Shown here in pieces: positions 10,535 to 20,492 of a stretch of 64,000 nucleotides of DNA. A program made the translations under genes and the position numbers. Source of the stretch: Candidatus Latescibacterota bacterium. Its GTDB lineage: Bacteria; Latescibacterota; UBA2968; GCA-2709665. Location: contig OZ244744.1 in assembly GCA_965219455.1 (NCBI GenBank), positions 4,544,001 to 4,608,000 on the forward strand, given 5' to 3'. Within the stretch, counting starts at the first letter, position 1, and each line of letters opens with the position of its first letter. The notes under the pieces are model-generated. The model was given only the letters and a program-made list of their open reading frames with translations, was not told where the DNA came from and did not search any database.

Positions 10535-10987
10535 ATGCCTGCCATTCGCTATCAGGCGGCAATAGTTGCAGACGATCGTCTACTTTTGCTGAAAGTCAAC
10601 GATCGAGGCACCGGAGAAACCTTCTGGGTGATCCCGGGTGGAGCCCGAGAGCCGAACGAAACGGAGGAAGAGTGTATTCGGCGTGAAGTGCTCGAAGAGA
10701 CGCACCTTTGTGTCGAAGTAGATTCGATGATCCTTGACGAGCAGGCGCCTGTTTATGACACGATATATGAGTGGCAGAAAACGTATAGGTGTCGAGTTGT
10801 TTCCGGAGAACCTCAGTCAGGAATTGAACCTGAAGTCGACACCGCAGATCATACCACTATTGCAGAGACTGGGTGGTTCGATCTGCGAACACCTACCACC
10901 TGGGATTCATTGGCGCTGAAGGATCCTATCACATTACCCTTGTTGCAACGCCTCAGGCGTATTTTGGGCTACTCTGGAGAGGGATAG
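10535..10987 (+). CDS. NUDIX hydrolase
   Basis: Nudix box GGAREPNETEEECIRREVLEETHL. Confidence 0.9.
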   Translation: MPAIRYQAAIVADDRLLLLKVNDRGTGETFWVIPGGAREPNETEEECIRREVLEETHLCVEVDSMILDEQAPVYDTIYEWQKTYRCRVVSGEPQSGIEPEVDTADHTTIAETGWFDLRTPTTWDSLALKDPITLPLLQRLRRILGYSGEG

Positions 10988-11106
10988 AGACTTCGGAACC
11001 ATTTCGCAGCTGATTCTGATTCGGGGAACAGCCACAACAAACCTGATATCGTTGCCCGCTCTACGCTGGCCCTATGAGGGCTTCGCCAGAAAGGGACCGC
11101 GCCAGA

Positions 11107-11252
11107 TTCGCATAACAACGGCACCCCCGGCTTCGGCGCGTCCGCGCCTCCGCGCAACCTGCCTGTCGCTGTCACGGCGCTTGCTTGAAGAAAATCGCGA
11201 GGGGCAAGCGCCGCGCCAGCTTGGCAGGTTCGTGGGTGCTTGACCGTTATGC
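11107..11252 (+). repeat. attC-like site (long type)
   Basis: TTCGCATAAC complements GTTATGCGAA (10392); GTT at 11246; close relative of the site at 26995. Confidence 0.85.
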
Positions 11253-11338
11253 GCCATGCCGTTTTTTTGTCTGATTCCTTATCGAAAAGGGGGCAAAAAA
11301 CAACCCAGCCCTACCCTGAAGCGCAAGTCATTAAGTAG

Positions 11339-11367
11339 TTGCATTTTCCTATAAATTATTGTAAAAT
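11339..11367 (+). promoter_or_regulatory. Sigma70-type promoter, probably leaderless transcript
   Basis: TTGCAT-17 nt-TAAAAT ending 6 nt before the ATG at 11374. Confidence 0.55.
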
Positions 11368-11373
11368 ATAATT

Positions 11374-11631
11374 ATGCCGGAGATTAGTCGATTTCTTGGG
11401 ATCGTGATTGGTATGTTTTATCGTGAGCACGGACCACCCCATTTTCACGCCACATACGGTGAATATGACATCACGGTCGATATTGAGACAGGCGTTGTGA
11501 CAGGCCAATTTCCTAGACGGGCTCTGAGGCATGTTCTGGAATGGTATGATCTGCACCAAAGAGAACTGATGGAGAATTGGGAACGCGCAGACCAGCGTCG
11601 TCCGTTGAATAAAATTGCACCCTTGGAGTGA
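11374..11631 (+). CDS. DUF4160 family protein (TA-like pair)
   Basis: MPEISRFLGIVI.M..REHGPPHFHA.YG...L..W pattern. Confidence 0.85.
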   Translation: MPEISRFLGIVIGMFYREHGPPHFHATYGEYDITVDIETGVVTGQFPRRALRHVLEWYDLHQRELMENWERADQRRPLNKIAPLE

Positions 11632-11635
11632 GAAG

Positions 11636-11905
11636 ATGATACCCCGTGTGATTGAAGCTCACTATGTAGGCGACTATGTGATCTGGCTCAAATTCAGTGA
11701 TGGTGTGGAGGGAGAGGTAGAGTTGAAAGATGAACTATGGGGTCCCGTTTTTGAGTCGTTGAAGGATAAAGAGGAATTCAAGAAATTCCGAGTTCACCCT
11801 GACCTACATACGATAATGTGGAAGAATGAAGCCGACTTCGCACCTGAATTTCTCTACAGTATTGTCAAAGTTACGGCCTGTGTGGGAAGTTTCTTTTTTC
11901 TGTAG
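11636..11905 (+). CDS. DUF2442 family protein (TA-like partner)
   Basis: Y.IWLKFSDG..G.V.L...L.GPVFE.LKD...F...TI.W.N.ADFAPE.LY pattern. Confidence 0.85.
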   Translation: MIPRVIEAHYVGDYVIWLKFSDGVEGEVELKDELWGPVFESLKDKEEFKKFRVHPDLHTIMWKNEADFAPEFLYSIVKVTACVGSFFFL

Positions 11906-12084
11906 CTCATTGAGAAGAAAAAGCAACTCTCCACCTCGGCGGTTTGACTTAATACCGCCGATTTATTTTATCTTGGAAGTTTTTGGAGGTCAAAATCAAG
12001 AAAACCAAAAGAAGGTTATGTCGGCCCCGTTATGGCTTTACCCTCTAGACGACGATCCTAGATGTATTAAAGTTCAGCGCGACG

Positions 12085-12417
12085 GTGGGATTGAGTGGAT
12101 TCCTCCTTCTACTCGTAACCTCGATTAAGTCGTGCGACATAGAGGAAAGCCAACTAGCTCAAATCGAGGCGATGCGAGGACAGTTGTCGCAAGCCAGTGC
12201 GCGAATGGAGCACGTCTTAACCGAGTTGCAGTTACAGAGCGAGCTAATGCGTGAACAGGGCGGCACTTCTATGGCTCTCCTTTCGACAATCGAAAGTATC
12301 GACGAGAGAGTTCAGACTATCTCTGTAGTGACGAACCGCATAGACATGATAGGCGATGAACTAAAGGAGACCCACGAGACTGTGGGTGCTTCCCATAAAA
12401 CGAAAACGCAAGATTAG
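12085..12417 (+). CDS. Hypothetical coiled-coil protein or fragment
   Basis: 110-aa ORF with hydrophobic N-terminus and heptad-like pattern. Confidence 0.35.
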   Translation: MGLSGFLLLLVTSIKSCDIEESQLAQIEAMRGQLSQASARMEHVLTELQLQSELMREQGGTSMALLSTIESIDERVQTISVVTNRIDMIGDELKETHETVGASHKTKTQD

Positions 12418-12747
12418 AACGAATGTCAGCGCCGTTTTCGTTCTTGACAGATCCACCGGTTTCTATTTGAACACGATAACAAAGAACTTCCGACAGACGT
12501 CTAGCTTGTACACAGATAGCCAATCTCTATTACAGAATCCGGGCTCAGGGTTGACCAGTTGCAAGGGAATTCGATGGTTCCCGATCCTTCAATTGTAGTG
12601 ATTGCTTTGCTCATTCTTGCTCCCGTTTTTGTGGGGATTCTCTTTAAGCTCTTCAGCCCCCGAATGCGCTCAGTTACCGATGCGCGAATGCTTATGGCAG
12701 ATGAACAACCGGCCTTCCCTACGTGCCCATATAGAGTGAGACAACCC

Positions 12748-13167
12748 AGGGGGTATCGCGCGAAAACGCGAAAAGCGTACCTTGGTCACGTCAGACGATT
12801 TGCCAATTATTGCGGCAAGGCACCTCGATCTTTTGGGGAGATGGAGGTCCGAAATTACGTGTATCACCTCCTTGAAACGGGAGCCTCGCACAGTTACGTC
12901 AATCAGTGCGTAAGTGCATTGAAATTCCTGTTCCTTCGAGTGTTGAAAGATCAGCATCCTCTTGAAAACCTGCCCCGTCCGAAAAAAGAGCACAAATGCG
13001 ACACACCTGCTTGAACGCGGGACCGACCTGCGATATATCCAGGTGTTCCTGGGCATGCAAGCCCAAAAACCACACAGATCTATGCTCGGGTGACGAATCG
13101 GGATCTCGCGAAAATCCAGAGCCCGCTGGATGCATTGATGGATGAAAGGGAGGCAGTTTTTGATTAG
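12748..13167 (+). pseudogene. Tyrosine recombinase remnant, copy 2 (N-terminal SAM-like domain fused to C-terminus, catalytic core deleted)
   Basis: RGYRAKTRKAYLGHVRRF...YVNQCVSALKFLF...LPRPKKEHK joined at ~12996 to [15 protein letters not shown]. Confidence 0.85.
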
Positions 13168-13301
13168 AGACGATGCTACCATAGGAAGCATTCCTGAACA
13201 TGTTCGGGCTACAAGCTTCAGCGTGGAATGTTCCCGAACGTTCGGAGATCCTCAGATCTGGTACGCATTAACGTACATGTTCGCCAATGCCGTAGTTATG
13301 C
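13168..13301 (+). other. attI-like element, copy 2 (G|TT at 13295)
   Basis: Homologous to copy 1; GTTATGCG complements CGCATAAC at 14001. Confidence 0.75.
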
Positions 13302-13365
13302 GCCAGCACGTGAGTACGACACTCATCAAGCCACCCGTTAATAAGCCACCCGTTAATCGACAACG

Positions 13366-14007
13366 TTGATCCAGATAGGCGACTATTCCTTGGACGATGT
13401 TCTGAAGAAGGCAGACGAACTACGGAAGGAAACTGATGACCTGATCCATCGAAGAGGGTTGGGTCAGATTCTTAGCTCTTTCGGGAGGGTGTGGTATAGA
13501 GGCAGCTACGAACTGAATACAATGGCATGGGCCGACCTAGACATCCACATAGTGATGGAACCTGATCCCTGGTCAGTTGATGAGTTCTTCAAGTTGGGGG
13601 CCCGAATTGCGTCACTTGAGGGGGTGATTTCGATGAAGTTCGATGATTGTGCTCATCATCCTCGGGACGTGCTTCCGGAGGGCCTCTATTGGGGTACACG
13701 AATGGCCAGGGGAAAGAGCGAAATTCCCTGGAAGATAGATTTATGGTCCACAAGATCTGAACTTCTTGAAAGGGACAAGCTTCGGATTGCGAGAGTAAAA
13801 GAGCGAATGACTGAGTCACATCGAAGGAAGATCCTCAAAATCAAACACTCGCTCCTGACACCTGAGGGGAGAACGCCGGACTCGACCGGAAGACATATTT
13901 ACGATGCCATTCTTTTTAAAGGTCTTGAAACTCTTGGGGAAGTTAAAGACTACCTCCGAGCCAAAGGCATAAAGGACTTGCAGGGAAAACACGTGCCGGA
14001 CGCATAA
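13366..14007 (+). CDS. Nucleotidyltransferase-fold hypothetical protein
   Basis: GSY.L.TM...DLDI and WKIDLW motifs; stop codon lies in the attC R'' box. Confidence 0.65.
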   Translation: MIQIGDYSLDDVLKKADELRKETDDLIHRRGLGQILSSFGRVWYRGSYELNTMAWADLDIHIVMEPDPWSVDEFFKLGARIASLEGVISMKFDDCAHHPRDVLPEGLYWGTRMARGKSEIPWKIDLWSTRSELLERDKLRIARVKERMTESHRRKILKIKHSLLTPEGRTPDSTGRHIYDAILFKGLETLGEVKDYLRAKGIKDLQGKHVPDA

Positions 14008-14087
14008 CACGACAGGCTGCGGCTCCGGGGCATTCGCCCCTTCGCTCAACCCGCTGCGCGGGTTCGCAGCCTGCGAGAACGTTAACA
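14001..14087 (+). repeat. attC-like site
   Basis: CGCATAAC...caggctgcg/cgcagcctg...G|TTAACA at 14081. Confidence 0.88.
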
Positions 14088-14276
14088 GAAAGCACGCGCC
14101 AAAATCAGAACCAGCGGCCATCCTGGCCGCCAAGAAAACCTTTGATATGCTTCTGTTGCCTGTTGGATTTTTCTACAGCGAATTGGATATGTGGAGTTTC
14201 TGCGACCACGACTGAGATATTCCGCGATTCTTCCGTATGGGCAATAGTTAGCCACCAACCGCGTTGGGAACAGACC

Positions 14277-15449
14277 ATGGGCTCAAATCGGCTCCAGCCA
14301 ACAACCCGGAAGACCTTCGTCAGCGACCGACAAGATGGCCGCTTTATCGACACGGCGGGCTTCATACACGCGTTCATCAAATCCCACCGACCAAAGCTCG
14401 CGTTCGATCCGGATATGGATGCCCGCGAATTTCCTGCCTGGCGCGAACGGCTGCGCAAGAAGGTGCTCGAGTTGATGGCGTTTCCCGAAGTGGTCCGTCA
14501 ACCAGCGCCTAAACGCGTCGGCGTCGAGCAGCGTGCCGGATACCAACTCCAGCGTTGGGAGATATATCCCGAACTGCACTGCGTCGTACCCTTTCTGATG
14601 CTGGTCCCGGATGGCACGAGCGACCAGTCGCCCGCTCCGGCGGTCCTGTGTTTCCCGGGGTACAGCGGCAGCAAAGAAGGAATGGCCGGTGAGCGGGAAT
14701 TGAACGACCGCAAACTCGACTGGAGTGAAGAGAAGTGGCGCGACAACTGCATCGCCTTGCACTTCGTGCGCCAAGGAATGATCGCCGTGGCGGTTGACAA
14801 TCCCGCTCGTGCCGAAGCGGACAGTGCCCTTCGGGATCTTTCGGGAGTTTCGCTGTGCATGCTGTGGACAGGGCGCAACTATCTCGGCATTTCGGTCTTC
14901 CAGAAGACCCAGATCCTGCAGTGGCTGGCCCAATCGAGCATGGTAGACTCGAAGCGCATCGCAACATGTGGTCTATCGCTGGGTTCCGATCCGGCCGATA
15001 TCGTCGGGCTGCTCAATCCGGATCTGGTCGGAGCCGTCATCCATAACGATTTCCTGTGCGACTGGCGCGAACGAACGATTGCCCAGAATGCCTACGGCTC
15101 GACCCCTCACCACGTGGTTCCCGGAATGTATCGTTGGTTTGACGCTCCGGACATTCAAGCGGCACTGGCCCCGCGGCCTCTGCTCTACACAGAAGGTGGT
15201 CGCGCCCCTCATATCAGCAGGATCCGGGCCGCCTATAAAATGGCGGGGGCTCAGGACAACGTGAAGGTCTATCACTACAAGAAGTATGAGACCGCAGACG
15301 CTCGCCTCTACGACGACCAGCCGATCCCAGAAGGGCTGGCGGATGAAGAGTACTTCCTCTATGCCAATGTCGATGTGGCGGAACACCGCTTTCACCCCGA
15401 ACATGCTGTTCCTTGGCTGACGGAAGTTCTTATGCCGAAGACGGACTGA
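14277..15449 (+). CDS. Alpha/beta hydrolase (esterase-like)
   Basis: PAVLCFPG, RIATCGLSLG nucleophile elbow, APRPLL motifs. Confidence 0.8.
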   Translation: MGSNRLQPTTRKTFVSDRQDGRFIDTAGFIHAFIKSHRPKLAFDPDMDAREFPAWRERLRKKVLELMAFPEVVRQPAPKRVGVEQRAGYQLQRWEIYPELHCVVPFLMLVPDGTSDQSPAPAVLCFPGYSGSKEGMAGERELNDRKLDWSEEKWRDNCIALHFVRQGMIAVAVDNPARAEADSALRDLSGVSLCMLWTGRNYLGISVFQKTQILQWLAQSSMVDSKRIATCGLSLGSDPADIVGLLNPDLVGAVIHNDFLCDWRERTIAQNAYGSTPHHVVPGMYRWFDAPDIQAALAPRPLLYTEGGRAPHISRIRAAYKMAGAQDNVKVYHYKKYETADARLYDDQPIPEGLADEEYFLYANVDVAEHRFHPEHAVPWLTEVLMPKTD

Positions 15450-15466
15450 GAGCGGACAAAGTAGAA

Positions 15467-15521
15467 TGGCTAACAGGGCTTGCACCCGACTCGCTTCGCT
15501 CGTGGGAAGCCCTCGCTATAA
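15467..15521 (+). repeat. Short inner attC of a nested cassette
   Basis: TGGCTAAC complements GTTAGCCA at 14247; agggctt/aagccct arms; right end G|CT. Confidence 0.65.
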
Positions 15522-15692
15522 TTGAAGAGAGAAGTCAGAGAGACGATGTAGTTTGCGTTATTTTCGGGGACTGATTTCAGAACTGGCGTAAGGCAAATGG
15601 CAACATGTTTTGTTCAAGAGCTTGATGTAAAAACCAGAAAAGCACCCCGATGCGTGCCTCCTGGCAGGCCCACCCCACCCCGGCGCGTGCCA

Positions 15693-15821
15693 TCTGTTAA
15701 CAGCGCACTCCCGGCTCGCTTCGCTCGACCAAAATGGCCGTGACTGATTCTCTGACTGATTGTAAAACCACTGATTCCTTCCCCAGGCACGGCCACTTCG
15801 GGAGCGCGCGAACCGTTAAAT
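15693..15821 (+). repeat. attC-like site
   Basis: TCTGTTAAC complements GTTAACAGA (14081); GTT at 15815; related to the site at 49937. Confidence 0.8.
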
Positions 15822-15958
15822 GCAAGCAGCGCAGGAATCTTGAAAACCCAAACCGTGTAAGAATCGCGATGGCGGTAGATGTCCGCGCTACGCGAGTTCA
15901 CGTTCGGGCATCGTTACAGGTTCGCTCCGGAGGGATTGCGAGGGTCACAGATACAGGC

Positions 15959-16402
15959 GTGGATAAGAGGATTGCGTTCGTCCAATCGTGCTGGCACAAG
16001 GACATAGTCGACCAGGGTAAGATCGGATTTTTAGATAGGGCGAACACCCTCGGGATAGCGGCCGAGGGAGTCGAGTTTTTCGAAGTGCCCGGGAGTTTTG
16101 AGATTCCTCTATTGGCCAAACTCCTCGCCGAATCTGGAAAGTACTCTGCCATTGTAGCGGTGGGGCTGGTAGTTGATGGAGGCATATATAGGCATGAGTT
16201 CGTAGCTGAAGCGGTGATCAGTGGGATCATGAAACTCCAGCTTGAAACAGATATTCCAATAATCTCAGTTGTGCTGATCCCCCATAATTTCCACGAAACA
16301 GAAGATCATAGAGAGTTCTTTCGGCAGCACTTCATGGTCAAGGGCGAAGAAGCAGCTGACGCCTGCGCTAAGACCTTAGAGAACCTTGCTGCTATCGCTT
16401 GA
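15959..16402 (+). CDS. ribH: 6,7-dimethyl-8-ribityllumazine synthase (RibH2-like; start uncertain)
   Basis: RIAFVQSCWHKDIVDQ, VPGSFEIPL, LVVDGGIYRHEFVA, PHNFHE, KGEEAA motifs. Confidence 0.88.
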   Translation: MDKRIAFVQSCWHKDIVDQGKIGFLDRANTLGIAAEGVEFFEVPGSFEIPLLAKLLAESGKYSAIVAVGLVVDGGIYRHEFVAEAVISGIMKLQLETDIPIISVVLIPHNFHETEDHREFFRQHFMVKGEEAADACAKTLENLAAIA

Positions 16403-16540
16403 GTGCAATGGCGAAACTAAGGGGGGGTGACTGCGATCCGAAAACTGAACGGCTCAGATCGATCAGGTTGGGACGGGCCATCTATTGAGACAATTCCTGA
16501 GTTGCTGTTGCTCTTCCAAGAGGTGAGGCTCGGACCCTTG

Positions 16541-16984
16541 ATGGACCAAAGGAAAAATGAGCTGGAAGGGTACATGACCGCAGCGCTTGTCGAAGGGCGA
16601 AAGGCACTGCCAGCCTGTCTTCCAAATCCACCAGTTGGATGCGTAATAGTACATTCTGACAGGATCATCTCGCGCGGATTCACAAATGCGCCTGGCGAGT
16701 GGCACGCCGAAACGATGGCACTGAGTCAGGTAGACGGACCCTTAGTGAGCTCAGCCGCATTCGTAACCCTTGAGCCCTGTTCATTTCACGGGAGAACACC
16801 CTCCTGTGCTTTGGCACTCATTGAGCGGAAGATTGGCCAAGTATTCGTAGGCATTCTGGATCCCCACCCCCGAAACCAGGGACGAGGCATTCAGCTCATG
16901 CAAGATGCTGGAATACAGGTGGAGGTAGGGCTGCTTGCCGATGAAGTCCTAAGGGATCTTGGCCAGTACCTCGCAATGGGCTAG
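16541..16984 (+). CDS. ribD: RibD-type deaminase domain (no reductase domain)
   Basis: PNPPVGCV, HAE, VTLEPCS..GRTP.C, DP.P...G.G motifs. Confidence 0.8.
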   Translation: MDQRKNELEGYMTAALVEGRKALPACLPNPPVGCVIVHSDRIISRGFTNAPGEWHAETMALSQVDGPLVSSAAFVTLEPCSFHGRTPSCALALIERKIGQVFVGILDPHPRNQGRGIQLMQDAGIQVEVGLLADEVLRDLGQYLAMG

Positions 16985-17041
16985 GCACTGGCTCTATAGA
17001 TTCCGCCCGCCGATGGATCTGCTACCGAGGGCGCGCTGCCA

Positions 17042-17142
17042 GCATTTAACATGACGGGCTGAGGCTCCGGCGCTTTCGCGCCTCCGACCCAACCTGCCTA
17101 CGCTGCGCTTCGGCAGGTTCGCAGCCCGCTTGAACGTTAGGG
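17042..17142 (+). repeat. attC-like site
   Basis: GCATTTAAC complements GTTAAATGC (15815); GTT at 17136. Confidence 0.88.
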
Positions 17143-17145
17143 GCC

Positions 17146-18365
17146 ATGCGATCGGATGTTAGGTTTCCGATGACACAGAGGAGAGATGTGAAGGCGTACA
17201 AGGTAGGGCTACCCGGGCTGTTCCTCTTCTTATTTGCGCTCGCCGGCAGTTCCGAATCGATAAAGGAAGAAGGAGGAGCCTTGATGCTTAACGCGTGGGT
17301 TGTCTCGACCCTCAAGGCCGAAGGTCTAGCCCCGGAGCTGATTGCTGACCTAACGGCCAGAATAAGAAACCAGGACTATAAGAATATTCACAGCCTTTTG
17401 ATCGCTCGAAATGGCAACCTGGTTTATGAGGAGTACTTTCCTGGTGCCGATGGAAGGAGAGGAGTCGTCGAATTCGATAAGGAAACTCTGCACGATACAA
17501 GGTCTGTCTCGAAGAGCATCGCATCATCGTTGATAGGCATCGCAATTGACCAAGGATATATCGGGTCAGTTGATGAACCCATGTACCAATATTTTCCGGA
17601 CTACACGAACCACCTGACCGAGCAGAAGAAACGCGTAACTTTGGAACACCTGCTGTCAATGACGGCGGGGTTCAAATGGGATCAATCCGGTTCACATCAG
17701 TCCGAACTCGGATCGGCCAACACGGAAGCGCAAATGGAAAACAGCTTTGATTTCATCGACTACGTGCTGTCCGCCGATATGTCAGCCACAGCTTTGATTT
17801 CATCGACTACGTGCTGTCCGCCGATATGTCAGAGGAGGGAGAGCGTTTCAATTACAATAGCGGCTGCGCCATTCTCCTCGCTGGTGTGATCAGGAACGTA
17901 TCGGGAATGCACGCAGATAAGTTCGCTGACAAGTATCTCTTTGGGCCATTGGGCATCGATCGTAATGAATGGTGGCGAACAAAGACCGGTTTACCACAGA
18001 CACATGCGGGTCTGCGGCTTCGCCCTCGGGATATGGCCAAGATCGGACAGCTTTATCTCAACAATGGGAGATGGAAAGGTCTGCAAATTCTACCCGCATC
18101 GTGGGTTGAGGAGTCCATAAAGCCACACTTCGTAAACGATCGATATGGATACGCCTGGTGGCTCGACCGCTTTCCTTTCCACGAGGGATCCGTCAAGAGT
18201 TACGTCGCTGAGGGCAACGGAGGACAATTCATTTTTGTAATCCCAGACTTGGATTTAGTGGTCGTCTTTACAGGCGGCAACTACGGCTCCTCCACTGCGA
18301 ACCAGGCTTTCAAAATCGTAATCAATCACGTATTGAAAGCTGTTAGCCAAGAAACGAGTGAGTAG
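17146..18365 (+). pseudogene. Serine hydrolase (class C beta-lactamase-like), frameshifted
   Basis: SVSKS (SxxK), LLSMTAG, FNYNSG, GNGGQ; split by a 45-bp tandem duplication (17741-17785 and 17788-17832). Confidence 0.85.
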
Positions 18366-18444
18366 CCGTCAAGGCTCGACTTGGGTTGACCATCACCGCT
18401 TCCCCTGTACGAAAAGAAGCTGACCAGCGGACCGACCGCACGGT

Positions 18445-18540
18445 CCCCTAACAGGTCCACTTGCGCTTCGGTCGCGTTCGCTCCCTTCGGCGTGAAGGCA
18501 ACCCGCTAAAGCGGGTTCGCAAGTGGCCAGAACGTTAAGC
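18445..18540 (+). repeat. attC-like site
   Basis: CCCCTAAC complements GTTAGGGG (17136); relative of the 6736 site; GTT at 18534. Confidence 0.88.
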
Positions 18541-18629
18541 GACATGGGATAGAACAAGTTGAGGTTGTTCGGTGCATCGCACACAATAGATTGAGATTTA
18601 CCGCATTTCTTTCTGTTCAATCGCTAGCC

Positions 18630-19367
18630 ATGCAAAGCGAACGGAGGCATGATTTGAGCGAGCCAGAGCGAACCCAGGAGTTTTTCGCCAAGCGCGCAGC
18701 CAGGTGGGAGCATTTCGTAAAAAAAGAGTGGCTACCCGATGATTACGAGCACTATTATACGCTTCTCGCTTCAGGGATTTTATCCACTCAAGACGCAATA
18801 AGAATTCTGGACCTTGGGTGCGGTGGTGGTATCGAGTTTGAGTGGATTTTCCGGCAAGCCCCGAATGCCCACATAACCGCCGTCGATCGATCCGGACCAA
18901 TGCTCGATTGTTTGCGCGAGAAATACGGTGAGTGTCTCGACCAGTTCCAAATCATTCAAGACAACTACCTCACCTGTCCTCTGTCGGAGGAAGCATACGA
19001 CTACGTCGTGACGAGTATGTCGGTGCACTACTTCCCTCCTTCCAAACGTCGTGAGATCTATGAACGCATCGAACGGGTGCTGAAACCTGGCGGCGCTTAC
19101 GTAGAAGGGACCTATTGTAGCGACTCTGAAGAGGAAGAGCGCCAAGTGCTCAATGCGTTCGAACACCGAACTGCAGGACTGGATGGCGCAGATTCTGGGG
19201 AGTGGAAGGTCAACATCCCCCTGCAACCTACAACGATTAGCCGTCACTTGAAACAAGCCGGTTTTGCCGGCGGCGAATGGTTGGCTGGCGAGCGTTGGGT
19301 TGTTTTGGCACGAAAGGCAGCCTCTCAGGGCTCAGGATGCGACTACGACCAGCGGGAGTTAATTTGA
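18630..19367 (+). CDS. Class I SAM-dependent methyltransferase
   Basis: ILDLGCGGG and LKPGG motifs. Confidence 0.88.
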   Translation: MQSERRHDLSEPERTQEFFAKRAARWEHFVKKEWLPDDYEHYYTLLASGILSTQDAIRILDLGCGGGIEFEWIFRQAPNAHITAVDRSGPMLDCLREKYGECLDQFQIIQDNYLTCPLSEEAYDYVVTSMSVHYFPPSKRREIYERIERVLKPGGAYVEGTYCSDSEEEERQVLNAFEHRTAGLDGADSGEWKVNIPLQPTTISRHLKQAGFAGGEWLAGERWVVLARKAASQGSGCDYDQRELI

Positions 19368-20345
19368 GTGGATAAGCGATCTCTGCAGGCTCTAGCAAAA
19401 GACGAAAGAACAGCAGCATTGCACGCGCTGGCCGAAGCCAGTCTTGCTGACTTTGATTTGACGGGAGGCTCGCTCCTGTTGCTGCAGGATCTAGTGAATA
19501 GCTCATTCCGGGTTCAACATGACAGCCGACGGTGGTATCTTCGTATTTACGATCCCGACAGGCATGATACATCAGTTATCGAGTCTGAACTCTTGTTCTT
19601 GGAAGCTCTCGCCAAAGGCGGCTTTCCAGCGCCTCGCCCGTTGCGTAAGCACAGTGATGGGATGCTTTGGGTGGCGTCGCAGAGCCCTGTTGTGGACGTA
19701 ATTCGAATATCAGTATGCTCTTGGCTTCCGGGAGAGATTTTGCAGCATGGCAAGACACCACCGCACTATGCCAACGTAGGAACCATGTTAGCAGAACTCC
19801 ACGAGTTCTCCGTCAAATGGAATCCACCCGAGGGGTTCGTACGTCCCCGTTGCGACAGTGAAGGTGTATACGGCAATCACGGTGCTTCAGGAGAGCAAAT
19901 CATGCGAGGCTGGGACAACATTGACGATCCGCTTCGCTCGGATCTTGAAGATGCGAAGAGAGCACTTGAACAGGCCGAGAGCGCTATTGGGACGGATTGC
20001 GGTGTCTACGGTTTGATCCACGCTGATCCAAGTTTCAGCAACGTCCTGTTTGATGGCGAAATACCATACCTGATCGATTTCGATGATTTCGGGTACGGCC
20101 ACTATGTCTTCGATCTCGCAGTTGTCTTGGCTGGCGCATGGGGCAAGCCTGGTTTCGAAGAGAATCGCGCTGCTTTGTTCGAAGGATACGGGCAAATACG
20201 AGAACTGTCGCAGGCAGAAATGAGGGCATTGCCCACAGCCATGGCAGCACGAGCTGCCTCGCTCATTTTCTGGGCTGCGACTCAGTCATCGCAGCATCCA
20301 TGGATTGAAGGGCAGTGGAAACGCCTCAAGAAATACATGGGGTAG
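19368..20345 (+). CDS. Phosphotransferase (APH/homoserine kinase type II-like)
   Basis: GLIHAD...NVL and IDFDDFG motifs. Confidence 0.88.
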   Translation: MDKRSLQALAKDERTAALHALAEASLADFDLTGGSLLLLQDLVNSSFRVQHDSRRWYLRIYDPDRHDTSVIESELLFLEALAKGGFPAPRPLRKHSDGMLWVASQSPVVDVIRISVCSWLPGEILQHGKTPPHYANVGTMLAELHEFSVKWNPPEGFVRPRCDSEGVYGNHGASGEQIMRGWDNIDDPLRSDLEDAKRALEQAESAIGTDCGVYGLIHADPSFSNVLFDGEIPYLIDFDDFGYGHYVFDLAVVLAGAWGKPGFEENRAALFEGYGQIRELSQAEMRALPTAMAARAASLIFWAATQSSQHPWIEGQWKRLKKYMG

Positions 20346-20354
20346 AAATCCACA

Positions 20355-20443
20355 TCGCTTAACACCGTGTTTTCGCTGCGCCGCCTACGGCGGCTTGGCC
20401 TTCGGCAACCCCTTCGGGGTTCGCAAACCCTGAAACGTTATGC
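20355..20443 (+). repeat. attC-like site
   Basis: TCGCTTAAC complements GTTAAGCGA (18534); GTT at 20437. Confidence 0.85.
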
Positions 20444-20456
20444 GCCAGACTGGGGG

Positions 20457-20489
20457 TTGATATAGCATGCGTTTGTTGATATATTCAAC
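20457..20489 (+). promoter_or_regulatory. Promoter overlapped by a palindromic operator
   Basis: TTGATA-17 nt-TATATT; palindrome GTTGA-tatat-TCAAC over the -10 box. Confidence 0.55.
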
Positions 20490-20492
20490 TAA

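Noticed and set aside
13328-13357. 15-bp tandem repeat AAGCCACCCGTTAAT x2
   Set aside because: Only two copies; most likely slippage with no evident function.
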